Of a stretch of 64,000 bases of DNA, positions 9,296-20,202 are shown piece by piece. The position numbers and the translations under genes are program-made. The stretch spans positions 99,626 to 163,625 of the forward strand of contig JAYOYH010000004.1 of NCBI GenBank assembly GCA_038153405.1, given 5' to 3'. Positions within the stretch are counted from its first letter, which is position 1. The number at the start of each line of letters is the position of its first letter. The stretch comes from Gemmatimonadota bacterium. GTDB taxonomy: Bacteria; Latescibacterota; UBA2968; UBA8231. Under the pieces are notes generated by a model, which worked only from the letters and a program-made list of their open reading frames with translations, searched no databases and was not told the DNA's origin.

Positions 9296-11854
9296 TCAAT
9301 CGCCCAGCAAACGCACGATGCCGCGCGTTCCGTCCACCTCGACCTCCATGCCTTCCTCTAATACGCGCATAGCCTGCGCGGCGTTGACGACCGCCGGCAA
9401 ACCCAGCTCGCGTGCGACGAGGGAGGAGTGACTCGCGCCTCCGCCAATTTCTACGACCAGGGCAGCGGCGACCAGCATCAGCGGCGTCAGCTGTGGACTG
9501 GCGGCGTGCGTGACCAACACGTCGCCCTCTTCCAACGCCAGATCGACCTGACCGGCCCGCACAAAGCGCACGCGGCCGCGCCGCACGCCCGGACTGACGC
9601 CCTGGGCTACGATCCGCCGCCCTTCTGCGTCGTCGAAATACCCCTTTTCAGCATCGCGCTCTTCGGCTTTACCAAGCACGTCGGGCGCATCCAACTGGCG
9701 CCATTGTTCCCAAGTGCGGCGCCGTCCTTCGGCCACCGCTTGTAGCGATGCGACGGGCTGGCCGTCTTCCAGCGCCTGCAGCGCTCCAACGAACTCATCG
9801 CGTTCGAGAAAGAAGATCGCCTCGGACGCCTCTACGACTCCACCATCGACCAGGCGGGCGGACAGCTCCAGCACCGTGCGCCGCATCAGCGGCCAGCCGT
9901 ACTGCAGATAGAAGTTAGCGTCTTCGCGCGCCGAGGCATTGGTTTGATAGTAATCGATAAGCGCCTCCATCATTTCGCGCTCTTCGCCTTCAACTTGGCC
10001 CAGCACGCGTTCGACGGTCGCCTCACGCAGCGCGGCAGCGCGCTGGCGCTGCTGTTCGGGGGCGACCAACTCGCGGCGCGCAAACGCAGCTATCACGCGG
10101 CACAGGCCCGACCAATCCTCGCCGGAGGTCGGCCAAAAAAAATCGATGCTGGTCAACTGATGGCCGTATTCGCCAGCGTACGAACGAACGCCTTCGGCCA
10201 ACCATTCGGGCAGCTGTTCGAGCGGCGGCGCCGATTCCAGCAACGCTGCCAGCCCGTCTGTAGCGCGCACCTTCTGCGCCAGTTCATAGAGCGCTTGCTG
10301 ACCGTCAAAAACGCGACTCGGGTAGCCGCTGAACAGCACGCTAAAGTGTTCGCGCCCGGCTTCGGGTATCTTTTCTTCGTAGTGAGGCTTGAACCCCATT
10401 TCTTCAAAGCCGTAACCGATCGGCGCGATAATATACCATATTTCGCCGGCCTCCTCGGCCAGCGCTTCGACCCATCCAATCAGTTCGCGCACGCCGCTAT
10501 GTGCTATATCGCGCCGGCGATGCTGGGCGAAGTGCTCGACATAGCCCGGCAGCAGGTGCCGATGCCAGTGGCGCAGATGCTCTTTACCCTCCTGCATATG
10601 GCGCAGGCGCTCCTGGCGTTTTTCTTCTTCGCTCTTTTCCGGCTCACCTTCCTTCTTGCCGCGATGGGGAAAGTTCTGTCGCGTGTAGAAATAGCCGTTG
10701 ATCAGGCAAAACCACGGATGGGGCATCGAAAAGGTAGGACGGTGTTTCCACCCCAATCGCCCGGTGCCAAACTGCTCGCGCGCCGCCACCAGCTTGGGCA
10801 GGATCCACGAACCAAACAGGGGTGTTACCGCTTCGGGCAGCCACTCACCCAGACGCCAATTGCGCCGCCAGCGCGCGTTGGGAATGGGCGTTTTCCATTC
10901 GACACCGTCGCTTTCGCGCCGCTGCACCAAGGGGCGCGCCTGCAGCAGGTAGAGCTCGTCGGCGACCAGCGCCCACTCCACGTCCTGCGGATCTCCCCCC
11001 AACGCCTCCTCTACGCCAAGGGCGAGTTTGGCGACGCGACTCGCCTGTTCCTCGCTGAGCGCGCGTCCGGCCCCGTCGACGGCCACCGCTTCAGTGCCGC
11101 CACCGCCTCTAGCTACGATCTGCTCGGTCTGGCCACCGGCCTCGTAGCTGAGCACGTCCCCGGAGGCGCGCCCAATGACGATTTCATCGGCTGCTACCTT
11201 GCCGGATACCGTGCCTTCGCCCAAGCCCAGCGCCGCCGATACGTAGACCTGTTCATAGTCGCCGCTGAGCGGGTGTACGGTAAAGGCTACGCCCGCCGCC
11301 CGAGCAGGCACCATGGCCTGTATGACGACGCCCATGCGCAGCGGCTGGGCCGACATGTCGAGGGCGCGCACATAGCGTAAGGCGCGATCGCTGTACAGCG
11401 AAGCCCACACACCCTTCAGAGCCTCCACGCACGCTTCCAGCGAATGCAGATTGAGAAAGGAATCGTGCTGTCCGGCAAAGGACAGATCGGCGCGGTCCTC
11501 CAGCGTCGAAGAGGAACGCATCGCCACCGACACATCACCCAGTTCAGCCAGCGCCTGGCGCAGCGATTGGCGCACGTCATCCTGCACCTGACCAGCGGCG
11601 ATCAGATCGCGCAGGCGGGCGGGCCATGGACCCAACTCGGCCGGCGGACACGCGTCGATTACAGCGAGAAATTCGGCGGCCGTATCTGCGCTGCCGTTGG
11701 CGACCAAAAAGTGCGTAAGGGCATCGCTCGTTATGGCGAAACCGGCTGGCACGGCAAAACCCGCCGCGCTGAGCTGCGAAAGGCGCGAGGCCTTGGGACC
11801 ACAGCGCCAGGCCGCATCGCCGTGCGCCTGGCCAAACGGCAGTATATACTCCAC
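9296..11854 (-). CDS. PEP-utilising-family dikinase with rifampin phosphotransferase-like architecture
   Basis: ATP-grasp N-domain (AMRSSSTLED, SFAGQHDS, GLGEGTVSG, DVEWA, LLQARP), helical middle, C-terminal His swivel GGGASHSSLVARELGLPAVV; no PEP-binding barrel. Confidence 0.85.
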   Translation of the reverse strand: MEYILPFGQAHGDAAWRCGPKASRLSQLSAAGFAVPAGFAITSDALTHFLVANGSADTAAEFLAVIDACPPAELGPWPARLRDLIAAGQVQDDVRQSLRQALAELGDVSVAMRSSSTLEDRADLSFAGQHDSFLNLHSLEACVEALKGVWASLYSDRALRYVRALDMSAQPLRMGVVIQAMVPARAAGVAFTVHPLSGDYEQVYVSAALGLGEGTVSGKVAADEIVIGRASGDVLSYEAGGQTEQIVARGGGGTEAVAVDGAGRALSEEQASRVAKLALGVEEALGGDPQDVEWALVADELYLLQARPLVQRRESDGVEWKTPIPNARWRRNWRLGEWLPEAVTPLFGSWILPKLVAAREQFGTGRLGWKHRPTFSMPHPWFCLINGYFYTRQNFPHRGKKEGEPEKSEEEKRQERLRHMQEGKEHLRHWHRHLLPGYVEHFAQHRRRDIAHSGVRELIGWVEALAEEAGEIWYIIAPIGYGFEEMGFKPHYEEKIPEAGREHFSVLFSGYPSRVFDGQQALYELAQKVRATDGLAALLESAPPLEQLPEWLAEGVRSYAGEYGHQLTSIDFFWPTSGEDWSGLCRVIAAFARRELVAPEQQRQRAAALREATVERVLGQVEGEEREMMEALIDYYQTNASAREDANFYLQYGWPLMRRTVLELSARLVDGGVVEASEAIFFLERDEFVGALQALEDGQPVASLQAVAEGRRRTWEQWRQLDAPDVLGKAEERDAEKGYFDDAEGRRIVAQGVSPGVRRGRVRFVRAGQVDLALEEGDVLVTHAASPQLTPLMLVAAALVVEIGGGASHSSLVARELGLPAVVNAAQAMRVLEEGMEVEVDGTRGIVRLLGD

Positions 11855-11865
11855 GGTCTCTCTCC

Positions 11866-12801
11866 CTAATCAGCGAGCATGGCGCTGAGCGCCTGTCGAT
11901 CCTCGCCACTCAGCTCCCACTCGACGCCGGCGGCGTTGGCCACCACCTGTTCGGGCTGCGTCGCCCCGGCAATGACTGACGATACGGCCGGCTGGGCACA
12001 CAGGCCAGCAATCGCCAATTCCAATAGCGAGTGACTGCGCTCCTGTGCAAATGCTTCGAGCGCCTCGAGTATGGCGAAGTTGGCGTCGGTTAGTAGTTGC
12101 TCGCCGCGTTCCGACCCGGTCAAGCGCGCTCCCTTGGGCGACTCCTGCCCGCGGCGATACTTGCCGGTCAACAGGCCCGATTCAAGCGGGAAAAAGGGGA
12201 TTACGCCCACGCCGTACTCCTCGCAGTAGGGAATTACCTCGCCCTCTATATCGCGCTTGAGCAGGTTGTAGTAGTTTTGCACCGAGACAAAGGGCTCCAG
12301 CCCGTCGCGACGCGCCGTCCACTCGGCCTCGCACAGATGCCAAGCGGCAAAGTTTGAACAGCCTATGTAGCGCACTTTGCCCTGGCGCACCAAATCATCC
12401 AGCGCGCGCAGCGTCTCTTCAATCGGCACGCTGCGATCGACGCGATGAATCTGATAGAGATCGATATAATCCGTCTGCAGGCGCTGCAGGCTCTCCTCGA
12501 CGCAGGTCATAATATGCTGGCGCGATCCCCCCATGCCCATTGGACCATCGTGCATTTTCATGCCGAATTTCGTGGCGATGAGCGCACGGTGACGACGCCC
12601 TTTAAGGGCTTGGCCAATATGCGTCTCGGACTCACCGGCCGAATAGATATTAGCCGTATCGATAAAGTTTACACCGACCTCTAGCGCTGCGTCGAGCACG
12701 CGCGCGCTCTGTGCTGCGTCGCAGCGGCGACCGAAATTATTCGTCCCCAACCCCAACAGCGATACTTCGAGGCCGGAGCGACCCAGGCGTCGATATTTCA
12801 T
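11866..12801 (-). CDS. Aldo/keto reductase
   Basis: DTANIY, IATKFG, DYIDLYQIH, GKVRYIGCSN. Confidence 0.95.
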   Translation of the reverse strand: MKYRRLGRSGLEVSLLGLGTNNFGRRCDAAQSARVLDAALEVGVNFIDTANIYSAGESETHIGQALKGRRHRALIATKFGMKMHDGPMGMGGSRQHIMTCVEESLQRLQTDYIDLYQIHRVDRSVPIEETLRALDDLVRQGKVRYIGCSNFAAWHLCEAEWTARRDGLEPFVSVQNYYNLLKRDIEGEVIPYCEEYGVGVIPFFPLESGLLTGKYRRGQESPKGARLTGSERGEQLLTDANFAILEALEAFAQERSHSLLELAIAGLCAQPAVSSVIAGATQPEQVVANAAGVEWELSGEDRQALSAMLAD

Positions 12802-12877
12802 AGCATACCTCTTTATACGAGAGAAAAAGATCCGCGCTCCAAGCTGAGCACAGACGTTTCCGGGGCCATCTTTACAT

Positions 12878-14659
12878 TCAAGCTAGTTGTGCACTGGTCC
12901 CATCAACACCCCCATCTTCGTACTGCAGTTGATGTAGGCGATGGTAGATGCCGCGCTGGGCCAGCAGTTCATCGTGGCGTCCCTCTTCGCGAATCTCGCC
13001 GTGGTGCATAACCAAAATTTTGTCGGCGTTGCGTATGGTGGATAGGCGGTGGGCGATGACGATAGACGTGCGGCTCTGCATGAGCTTTTCCACCGCTTCC
13101 TGAATCCACATTTCCGTTTCCGTATCGACACTGGCCGTCGCTTCGTCGAGCACCAGTATATCGGGACTGCTGGCCAGCGCGCGCGCAAAGGAAATGAGCT
13201 GGCGCTGACCGGCTGAGAACGATGCGCCGCGCTCGCCGACCTGGTGTCCGTAGCCGTCGGGCAGCTTGTTTATAAAGCGGTCGGCATTGACACTGTGCGC
13301 GGCCTGCTCAACTTGGGCTCGCGTCATATCGCCGTCGCCCAGCGCGATATTGCGCTCGACGTCACCGCTAAACAGAAAGACATCCTGCTGCACAATACCC
13401 ACTCTGCGGCGCAGGGCCTGCACGTCCCACTGGCGAATATCAACCCCATCGACGCGGATGGTCCCGCGCTGAATATCGTAAAAGCGGCAAACTAGGTTGA
13501 TAATGGTGCTCTTGCCGGCCCCGGTGGCACCGACGATGGCCACGCTCTGCCCCGGCTCGACGCGGAACGAAACGTCGCGCAGCACCCAATCCTCGCCGCT
13601 GTAAGCGAAGAACACGCCGTCAAACTCGATGGCGCCCTGCAAATGGGACTGTGCGTATCCATCGCCGACCGGTTCGGGCGCGCTGTCGACCAACTCGAAA
13701 ATGCGCTCGGAAGAAGCCATGGCAATTTGCAGCGTATTGTAGCGCTCGGCAATGTCGCGAATCGGCATAAAGAAACGCGGCACGTACTGCAGCATGGCTA
13801 CCAACACGCCCCATTGGATATCTCCGCCGAGGACTTGGCCTCCACCATACCACAGGACGAGCGCCAGCAGCGAAGAACCGGCCAGTTCCATAAAGGGGAA
13901 GTAGATCGAATGATAGAGCGTGCTCTGCACGCGTGCTTCCAGATAGCTATCGTTGCCGCGGTCAAAGCGCTCGGCAGCGCGGCGTTCAAAACCGAATAAC
14001 TGCACCACTTCAATCCCGGAAAGGCTCTCCTGTAGCGATGCGCTAAAACTATCAAAGCGCGTGCGCGCGATGCGATAAGCTTGGAAGGTCTTTTTTTGTA
14101 GCCAAAACGTCACCGCAGCGGCCAGCGGCAGCACCGCGCAGGTCAGCGCGCCCAATTCGACGTCCATATAGAATATGTAAGCGAGTATGGTCAGAATGGT
14201 GAGCATATCGCTGCACATTGATACCACGCCATCGGTAAATAGCTCGTTGAGCGCGTCGACGTCACTGGTGTTACGCGCCATCAAACGCCCGATGGGCGTG
14301 CGATCAAAAAAGCGCAGCGGCAGCTTCTGCATGCACGAAAAGATCTGCGCGCGCACGTCGCGCATGGCCCACTGGCCGACCATACTAGTTGTCCAGCTCT
14401 GCGCATAGCCGACGACAAACTGCACGACGAGCAGGCCGAGAAAAACGCCGATAATCCAACCTAAACCCTCGCGATCGCCCATCAATACGTAGTCATCAAT
14501 GGCGATCTTTGTGAGGAAAGGGCCTCCCTGACGCGCAGCAGATGATACGAGGACCAGCACAAAAGTGAAGGCCACCCACCCCGCATAGGGGCGCAGATAA
14601 CCCAATAGGCGCACGAGCAGCTTGGGATCGACGCCTTTGGTCTCGAGCGCTTCTTCCAC
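12878..14659 (-). CDS. ABC exporter, fused permease/ATPase (MdlB-like)
   Basis: TM domain; GATGAGKST, FSAGQRQ, LVLDEAT, IAHRLST. Confidence 0.95.
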   Translation of the reverse strand: MEEALETKGVDPKLLVRLLGYLRPYAGWVAFTFVLVLVSSAARQGGPFLTKIAIDDYVLMGDREGLGWIIGVFLGLLVVQFVVGYAQSWTTSMVGQWAMRDVRAQIFSCMQKLPLRFFDRTPIGRLMARNTSDVDALNELFTDGVVSMCSDMLTILTILAYIFYMDVELGALTCAVLPLAAAVTFWLQKKTFQAYRIARTRFDSFSASLQESLSGIEVVQLFGFERRAAERFDRGNDSYLEARVQSTLYHSIYFPFMELAGSSLLALVLWYGGGQVLGGDIQWGVLVAMLQYVPRFFMPIRDIAERYNTLQIAMASSERIFELVDSAPEPVGDGYAQSHLQGAIEFDGVFFAYSGEDWVLRDVSFRVEPGQSVAIVGATGAGKSTIINLVCRFYDIQRGTIRVDGVDIRQWDVQALRRRVGIVQQDVFLFSGDVERNIALGDGDMTRAQVEQAAHSVNADRFINKLPDGYGHQVGERGASFSAGQRQLISFARALASSPDILVLDEATASVDTETEMWIQEAVEKLMQSRTSIVIAHRLSTIRNADKILVMHHGEIREEGRHDELLAQRGIYHRLHQLQYEDGGVDGTSAQLA

Positions 14660-14660
14660 T

Positions 14661-16430
14661 CTAGAGCGCCTCCAACTCGCTGCTCAAGTTCTGGCGTCGA
14701 CACATATCGGCGTAGATGCCGTCGCGTGCCTGCAACTGTTCGTGCGTGCCCAGTTCAACCACGCGCCCTTCGTCGAGGACGACAATTTGGTCGGCATCTT
14801 TGACCGTCGATATGCGATGGGCAATGATGATGGTCGTGCGCTCCGCCATAATGCCGCGCAGTCGCTTGAGGATCTCTTCTTCGGTATGGGTGTCGACGGC
14901 GGCCAGCGCATCGTCGAGTATGAGAATTTTCGGCTTGCGGATTACGGCACGCGCCAGCGCCGTGCGCTGTTTTTGACCACCCGACAGCGTGACGCCGCGC
15001 TCGCCGACAACGGTTTCTAACCCCAGTGGAAACGACCTTAGATCTGCTGCTAGCTGCGCGATCTCTACCGCCTCCTCAACGCCAATTTCGGTCGATTGAT
15101 CGGATCCGAGCAGGACGTTCTCGCGCAGCGTGTCAGAAAAGAGAAAGGTTTCCTGCGGCACGTAGCCGATGGCCTCGCGCAGATCGCCGAGGGGAATCTG
15201 GCCAATGGGAACGCCGTCGATCAGCAGCTGTCCATCGACGGCCTCAATGAGCCTGGGAATAAAGCGCGCCAGCGTCGTCTTGCCCGAACCGACGCGCCCG
15301 ACGATGGCCAGCGTGCTGCCAGCCGGCACCCGGATACTGATGTCTTTCAGCGCCGAACGCCCATCGTACGAGAATGATGCCGAACGGAACTCTACTTCGC
15401 CGCGCAGCGCCATGCGCTCAGCGCCACCCAGCGCCTGCGGCTGCACATCAATAACGCTCTGGATGCGACCCATCGAAGCGACGGCGCGCTGATACTCGTC
15501 GACAATGCGCCCCAGCAGCATCATCGGTCGTCCCATGCGAATTAAATAGGCATTGAATGCAACAAAGGCGCCCAGACTCATGGCCCCATCGATTACGCGC
15601 AGCCCACCCAACCACAGGATAACCAGCATCGAAGCGCCGTTGAGCAAGAAAGTGAACGGATAGAATAGGGCGCGAATTTTAACGAGACGGCGATTGCGTT
15701 CGACGTAGTCTTCGTTGAGTTTGGCAAAGTCTTCCATCTCGGCCTTCTCCAGTGCATAGGCCTTAACTACGCGCATGCCGGAGAGGTTTTCCTGAATGTG
15801 TGCAACCATTTCGGCGAATTGCTCCTGCACCTGGCGATAGCCGCTGCGCACTTTTTCGCCCACCCAGCGCGTAGTGAGCACCATCGCCGGCATCGGCAAC
15901 AGAGACAGCACGGCCAGCTGCCAGTCGATAAAGCACATCAGCACCAGCGTGAGTACAAAGGTCAGCGCACCGGTGAGCGACATGCGAAAGGCGTGGTGCA
16001 AAAAGCGCTGAATGGCCTCGACGTCGTTAGTGGCCCGCGCCATCAGATCGCCGACGCGTCGCTGGTGGAAATAGGACAGGGGCAAGCGCAGCAAGTGGTT
16101 GACGTAGGCGCTGCGAATATCGCGCTCGACCTTGCGCGAGACGATCGTCAGATAGTAGCGCATGCCGATCGACAGCAGCCAGTTGAGCAAGGACATACCG
16201 GCGATAAGACCGGCGTAGAAGGCCAGGTCGCCTTCGAGACTACCCGTTTTATAGGCCGCTGTAGCTGCGCCTTTTAGTGCCATTTCAATCGCCTCAATAC
16301 CCCACTGCATCAGCTTGGGAATCATCAGCGATATGGCCAGCGTTACAAAGAGCAAAAACAGGCCGAGTCCGACCTGGGCCCGATAGGGCTGGAGAAAACG
16401 GGCAAAGGGTTGAAAGAGATTAAAACGCAA
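14661..16430 (-). CDS. ABC exporter, fused permease/ATPase (MdlA-like, degenerate Walker B)
   Basis: GRVGSGKTT, LSGGQKQR, ILDDAL. Confidence 0.95.
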   Translation of the reverse strand: MRFNLFQPFARFLQPYRAQVGLGLFLLFVTLAISLMIPKLMQWGIEAIEMALKGAATAAYKTGSLEGDLAFYAGLIAGMSLLNWLLSIGMRYYLTIVSRKVERDIRSAYVNHLLRLPLSYFHQRRVGDLMARATNDVEAIQRFLHHAFRMSLTGALTFVLTLVLMCFIDWQLAVLSLLPMPAMVLTTRWVGEKVRSGYRQVQEQFAEMVAHIQENLSGMRVVKAYALEKAEMEDFAKLNEDYVERNRRLVKIRALFYPFTFLLNGASMLVILWLGGLRVIDGAMSLGAFVAFNAYLIRMGRPMMLLGRIVDEYQRAVASMGRIQSVIDVQPQALGGAERMALRGEVEFRSASFSYDGRSALKDISIRVPAGSTLAIVGRVGSGKTTLARFIPRLIEAVDGQLLIDGVPIGQIPLGDLREAIGYVPQETFLFSDTLRENVLLGSDQSTEIGVEEAVEIAQLAADLRSFPLGLETVVGERGVTLSGGQKQRTALARAVIRKPKILILDDALAAVDTHTEEEILKRLRGIMAERTTIIIAHRISTVKDADQIVVLDEGRVVELGTHEQLQARDGIYADMCRRQNLSSELEAL

Positions 16431-16454
16431 AAGACCTCTTCAGGTTGGCTTGTC

Positions 16455-18269
16455 TCAGGTCGATTCTACGCGTTCACCGCGCCACAGGTGCCGCATTTCC
16501 TCGCAGTCTTTGAGCAGTTCTCGCAGCGTGCCTACCGCTTCAATCCGCCCATCCTTTAATACGATAATTTGATCGGCACGCTCCAGTGCCGGCCGCCGGT
16601 GCGACACGACTAGCGAGGCCCCGCGCCGAGCGGCAAATACCCGATCCCACAGCACATTTTCTGTTTCCACGTCGAGCGCCGACGAAAGATCATCAAAGAC
16701 GTAGAGCCCGGCGCGCCGAACAAACATCCGCGCTGCTGCCGTCCGCTGCATCTGTCCACCCGAGAGCTTGACGCCGCGCGGACCAACTAACGTATCGAGT
16801 CCCCCTTCTAGCGTCGGCAGGTCATCCTCCATAACGCCTAGGCGAATAGCCTCGGCAATCTCGTCCGGTTCGCCAGAGACGCCCATCAATATATTATCGC
16901 GCAGCTTTTCGCTAAATAGGCGCGGCACCTGTGGCGTATAAGCGCAGCGCGGCGGCACGAAGAACGATTTGGTGTCTTCTACGAGCTGACCGTTCCAAAC
17001 GATGTGGCCCTCCTGCTTGGGCAACACGCCGAGCAACGTGCGCAACAGCGTTGTCTTACCTGAACCTATGCGTCCGGTTACGACATTAAATGAATCGGGG
17101 CCTAAGTCAAAGTCGATATCGTGCACGCCGTTGGTCGAGTTGTCAAAGACGTGTTTTAGGCCGCGCACTTCTAGCCGTTCCAACCGACCGCTCTCTGCCA
17201 TTTCTACCCCGGCCACGGGCGGCGCTTCTTCCGTCAGATATACCGGCCCGTGCTGGACCAATTCGTCGGATCGACGCAGTTCGGCTGTGCGCTCCATGCG
17301 GCTGAGCGATACCTCGGCGCGCCGATGTTGGGCCATTACCGAACCAATGAGCGAACCGCTGCGCGCCACTTCGCCCACGTAGGTCGTAAAGAGGGCAAAG
17401 TCGCCGACGGTAAAATGCCCCGAGCGCATTTGCTCTGCTACCATGATGAGAATAGCACCGGTGGCGACGTGGCTGATATTGAAATTGATGGAAAACAGCA
17501 TCTGCGTAAACAGATTGTCTACCAACGTCGATTTGCGCCGCGCATCGTTGAGCCGGCGAAAGCGATCGACTACCGGCGACTCGGTGGTGGCGACCTGTAC
17601 GGCCAGCACCGAGCTAAACATTTCGTTGGCAAAATTGGTCGCCGCTTCGGTAGCCGCGCGCTGCGCTGCTCGGTAGCGCTGAATGTGCTTGCGAGCAATA
17701 TCGACAATGGTGACGATGAGAATACTCGGCACGACGGTAACCGCCGTAACGGCTACGTCGATCTTAGCCATATAGCTAATGGCCAAGATCGCAAAGATCA
17801 TATTGCCCCACAGATTGACGTATTGCTCCAAGTAGCGCACCACCGCCTCCACATCGTCGCGGAAGCGGTTGGTCGCCTCGCCAGACGAGACGCTGACGCG
17901 GCGGGGGTTTTGCACTTCTAACACGGCTTTCAGCAAATTCTTGCGCAGCAGCGATTCGACGTGAAAACGCCAGCGCACGCCAACCAGTGCCGCGATAAAG
18001 AGCGTTGCGCGGTCGCCGAATTCCAAGAGGACAAAAAAGACCACAAGCGTCCAAGCATTAAAACCGGCAGCCGCCTCTCCGCTCAGCGCATTAAAAAATG
18101 CCTGCATAATCAGGCCCACGGCAAAGGGCTGCAAGTCATCGAGGCCGCGGAAAAATACGGTGGCCAAGAACAAACCCGGGCGATAGCGCAATAGCTTCAG
18201 CGCCGTCTGACCTGTGGTCATGCCCTCCGCCGCAGAGAAGGTGCCGTTGTCAGCAGGTGCCGTACTCAT
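16455..18269 (-). CDS. ABC exporter, fused permease/ATPase (degenerate Walker B)
   Basis: [27 protein letters not shown]. Confidence 0.95.
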   Translation of the reverse strand: MSTAPADNGTFSAAEGMTTGQTALKLLRYRPGLFLATVFFRGLDDLQPFAVGLIMQAFFNALSGEAAAGFNAWTLVVFFVLLEFGDRATLFIAALVGVRWRFHVESLLRKNLLKAVLEVQNPRRVSVSSGEATNRFRDDVEAVVRYLEQYVNLWGNMIFAILAISYMAKIDVAVTAVTVVPSILIVTIVDIARKHIQRYRAAQRAATEAATNFANEMFSSVLAVQVATTESPVVDRFRRLNDARRKSTLVDNLFTQMLFSINFNISHVATGAILIMVAEQMRSGHFTVGDFALFTTYVGEVARSGSLIGSVMAQHRRAEVSLSRMERTAELRRSDELVQHGPVYLTEEAPPVAGVEMAESGRLERLEVRGLKHVFDNSTNGVHDIDFDLGPDSFNVVTGRIGSGKTTLLRTLLGVLPKQEGHIVWNGQLVEDTKSFFVPPRCAYTPQVPRLFSEKLRDNILMGVSGEPDEIAEAIRLGVMEDDLPTLEGGLDTLVGPRGVKLSGGQMQRTAAARMFVRRAGLYVFDDLSSALDVETENVLWDRVFAARRGASLVVSHRRPALERADQIIVLKDGRIEAVGTLRELLKDCEEMRHLWRGERVEST

Positions 18270-20041
18270 ACGAGGACCTTTTCCAAACCCGCTGCCAATA
18301 GCTGGGCAAAACGCGAATGGGGATCGTTTGCCAGCGCCGTGCGATCGCCGTGCTCGGCAATATGCCCTCCCTGCAGCACCATGATCTCATCAACTTTTTC
18401 CACTGTACCTAAATGGTGGGCAATGATAATCCCCGTGCGCCCCTGCAGCAGCTTCTGCACGGCGCGGTCAATACGCGTTTCCGTAGCTGGGTCGAGTCGC
18501 GAAGAAGGCTCGTCGAGGATGACGATGCCCGGATCTTTGAGAAATACGCGTGCAAAAGCCAGCAGTTGGGCTTCGCCAGCCGACAGCGCGCCAGAGCTGA
18601 CGTTGGAGTCTAGACCCTCGGGCAGCGCGCCAAACCAAGGCCCCAGACCAAGTTCCTCGATGGCCTCTAACAGGCGCTCATCGGCGATGCCTTCGGTAAA
18701 GAGCGATAGGTTTTCGCGCAAACTGGCATTGAAAATCTGCACGTCCTGCGTCACCATACCCACCTTGCCGCGCAGTTGTTCCAAGCGCACCTGATGCAGC
18801 GGCTGCCCGCCGACGCGAATCTGACCCGCATCGACGTCGTAAAAGCGGAATAGTAGGCGCGTTAGCGTTGTCTTGCCGCTGCCGGTGCGCCCAAGCAGGC
18901 CCAGTACGCGACCCGGTTGCAGGGCAAAAGATACGTCGCGCAGCACCGGTTCGCCCTGAAAATAGCCAAAAGTCACCCCATCGAATTGGACGCCAAGCGC
19001 CTGGCCTGCAGGCAAGGTGCCTGTGCCTTCCGCAATGCGCGTGCGCGTGCGAAAGAGCGCCTCAATGCGCTTAAAGCCGGCTGTGGCCTTCTGTAAATCG
19101 TTGATTTGTCGGCTGATTTGAAAGAGCGGCCAGCGCAGCATCGACGTATAGCTAAAAATGAGATAGACCGCGCCAAGAGTGAATACACCCTCACCGTACA
19201 GCCAGATCCCCATCCCCATCGAAAGCGCATGGCCAAAGGTGAAGAGGATCGTCGTGATAGAGCGCAGCACCGCCCCCATGGTCTCGGAGCGCACGGCGCG
19301 TCCATAGGCGTCGCGGTTGACGTTAAAAAAGCGATTAGCGATATAGGCAACCGCCCCGTTAGGGCGAATGTCTTCGATGCCGGCAAGCCGTTCCTCTAGG
19401 AAGCCATAGAGGCGCGAATAGCCTTCGCGCTCGGCCGCATAGTGGGGCACGGCCATGCTGCGCGTAAGGTTGTAGACGAAAAAGGCTATAACGGTAAATA
19501 CGCTCATCGCCACGCCAATGCGCCAGTCCTCGCGAAAGAGCAGCGCCAGCACGCCGAAGAGAAAGAAGATACTGCCGATGACCTGCACGACGAATTCGGA
19601 AAAGAAGTTGGACAGCGCCGTGGCATCGCCATCGACGCGCTCGACCATTTCGCCCGGCGTACGCTCGTGATGAAAGGACATATCCAAGCGCAAACAGTGC
19701 TCAGCCAGATCGCCGCGCATGGTATTGGTCGCCCGCCAACCGACGTCCTGCCCCAAGTATGAGCCGGCCAAGTAGACGAACTGCCGGCAGATACCAATGG
19801 CTAAAAAGAGCAGCGCTGCATCCGTCAATTCGCCCACCGTGCCGCCCTCGCGCGCCGTATCGATAAAGTAGCGGACGATCTGCGGGTTGAGCAGGTTCAT
19901 GCCGATGCCGAAGAAAATGCAGACGGCCAGCAGCGCTACGCGCGCCTTATAGGGCTTTAGATACTGCCCCAACAGCGCGGCATACGCGCGCAGGGAAACG
20001 CGCTCAACGGCGGTGCCGTCTTCTGCCCGGGCGTATTTCAT
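18266..20041 (-). CDS. ABC exporter, fused permease/ATPase
   Basis: [27 protein letters not shown] overlap with next gene. Confidence 0.95.
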   Translation of the reverse strand: MKYARAEDGTAVERVSLRAYAALLGQYLKPYKARVALLAVCIFFGIGMNLLNPQIVRYFIDTAREGGTVGELTDAALLFLAIGICRQFVYLAGSYLGQDVGWRATNTMRGDLAEHCLRLDMSFHHERTPGEMVERVDGDATALSNFFSEFVVQVIGSIFFLFGVLALLFREDWRIGVAMSVFTVIAFFVYNLTRSMAVPHYAAEREGYSRLYGFLEERLAGIEDIRPNGAVAYIANRFFNVNRDAYGRAVRSETMGAVLRSITTILFTFGHALSMGMGIWLYGEGVFTLGAVYLIFSYTSMLRWPLFQISRQINDLQKATAGFKRIEALFRTRTRIAEGTGTLPAGQALGVQFDGVTFGYFQGEPVLRDVSFALQPGRVLGLLGRTGSGKTTLTRLLFRFYDVDAGQIRVGGQPLHQVRLEQLRGKVGMVTQDVQIFNASLRENLSLFTEGIADERLLEAIEELGLGPWFGALPEGLDSNVSSGALSAGEAQLLAFARVFLKDPGIVILDEPSSRLDPATETRIDRAVQKLLQGRTGIIIAHHLGTVEKVDEIMVLQGGHIAEHGDRTALANDPHSRFAQLLAAGLEKVLV

Positions 20042-20091
20042 CTGGTCTTTCAGCGCGATGCGATCCGTCGAGAGAGGCGACCGACAACTAT

Positions 20092-20105
20092 ACTGACCGG
20101 TCAGT
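20092..20105. promoter_or_regulatory. Perfect 14-bp palindrome, putative TetR-type operator
   Basis: ACTGACCGGTCAGT, 50 nt upstream of ATG 20041, abutting a minus-strand TATAGT -10-like hexamer. Confidence 0.65.
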
Positions 20106-20202
20106 TCATTTTATAGGCAAAAAATATATCAACCGACCTGTTCCCCGCGCAAGCCCACCGCGCAATATACCTTTGCTGAGAGCGCGTTGACCACAAGAAA
20201 AC

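Noticed and set aside
9944..11380. 478-aa plus-strand ORF and similar long antisense ORFs (e.g. 52711-53808, 20569-21441)
   Set aside because: They lie opposite well-supported genes and show no motifs; expected shadow ORFs in GC-rich DNA.
9296..11854. Calling this gene ppsA or rph
   Set aside because: It lacks the PEP-binding barrel of PpsA, and rifamycin specificity cannot be judged by eye.
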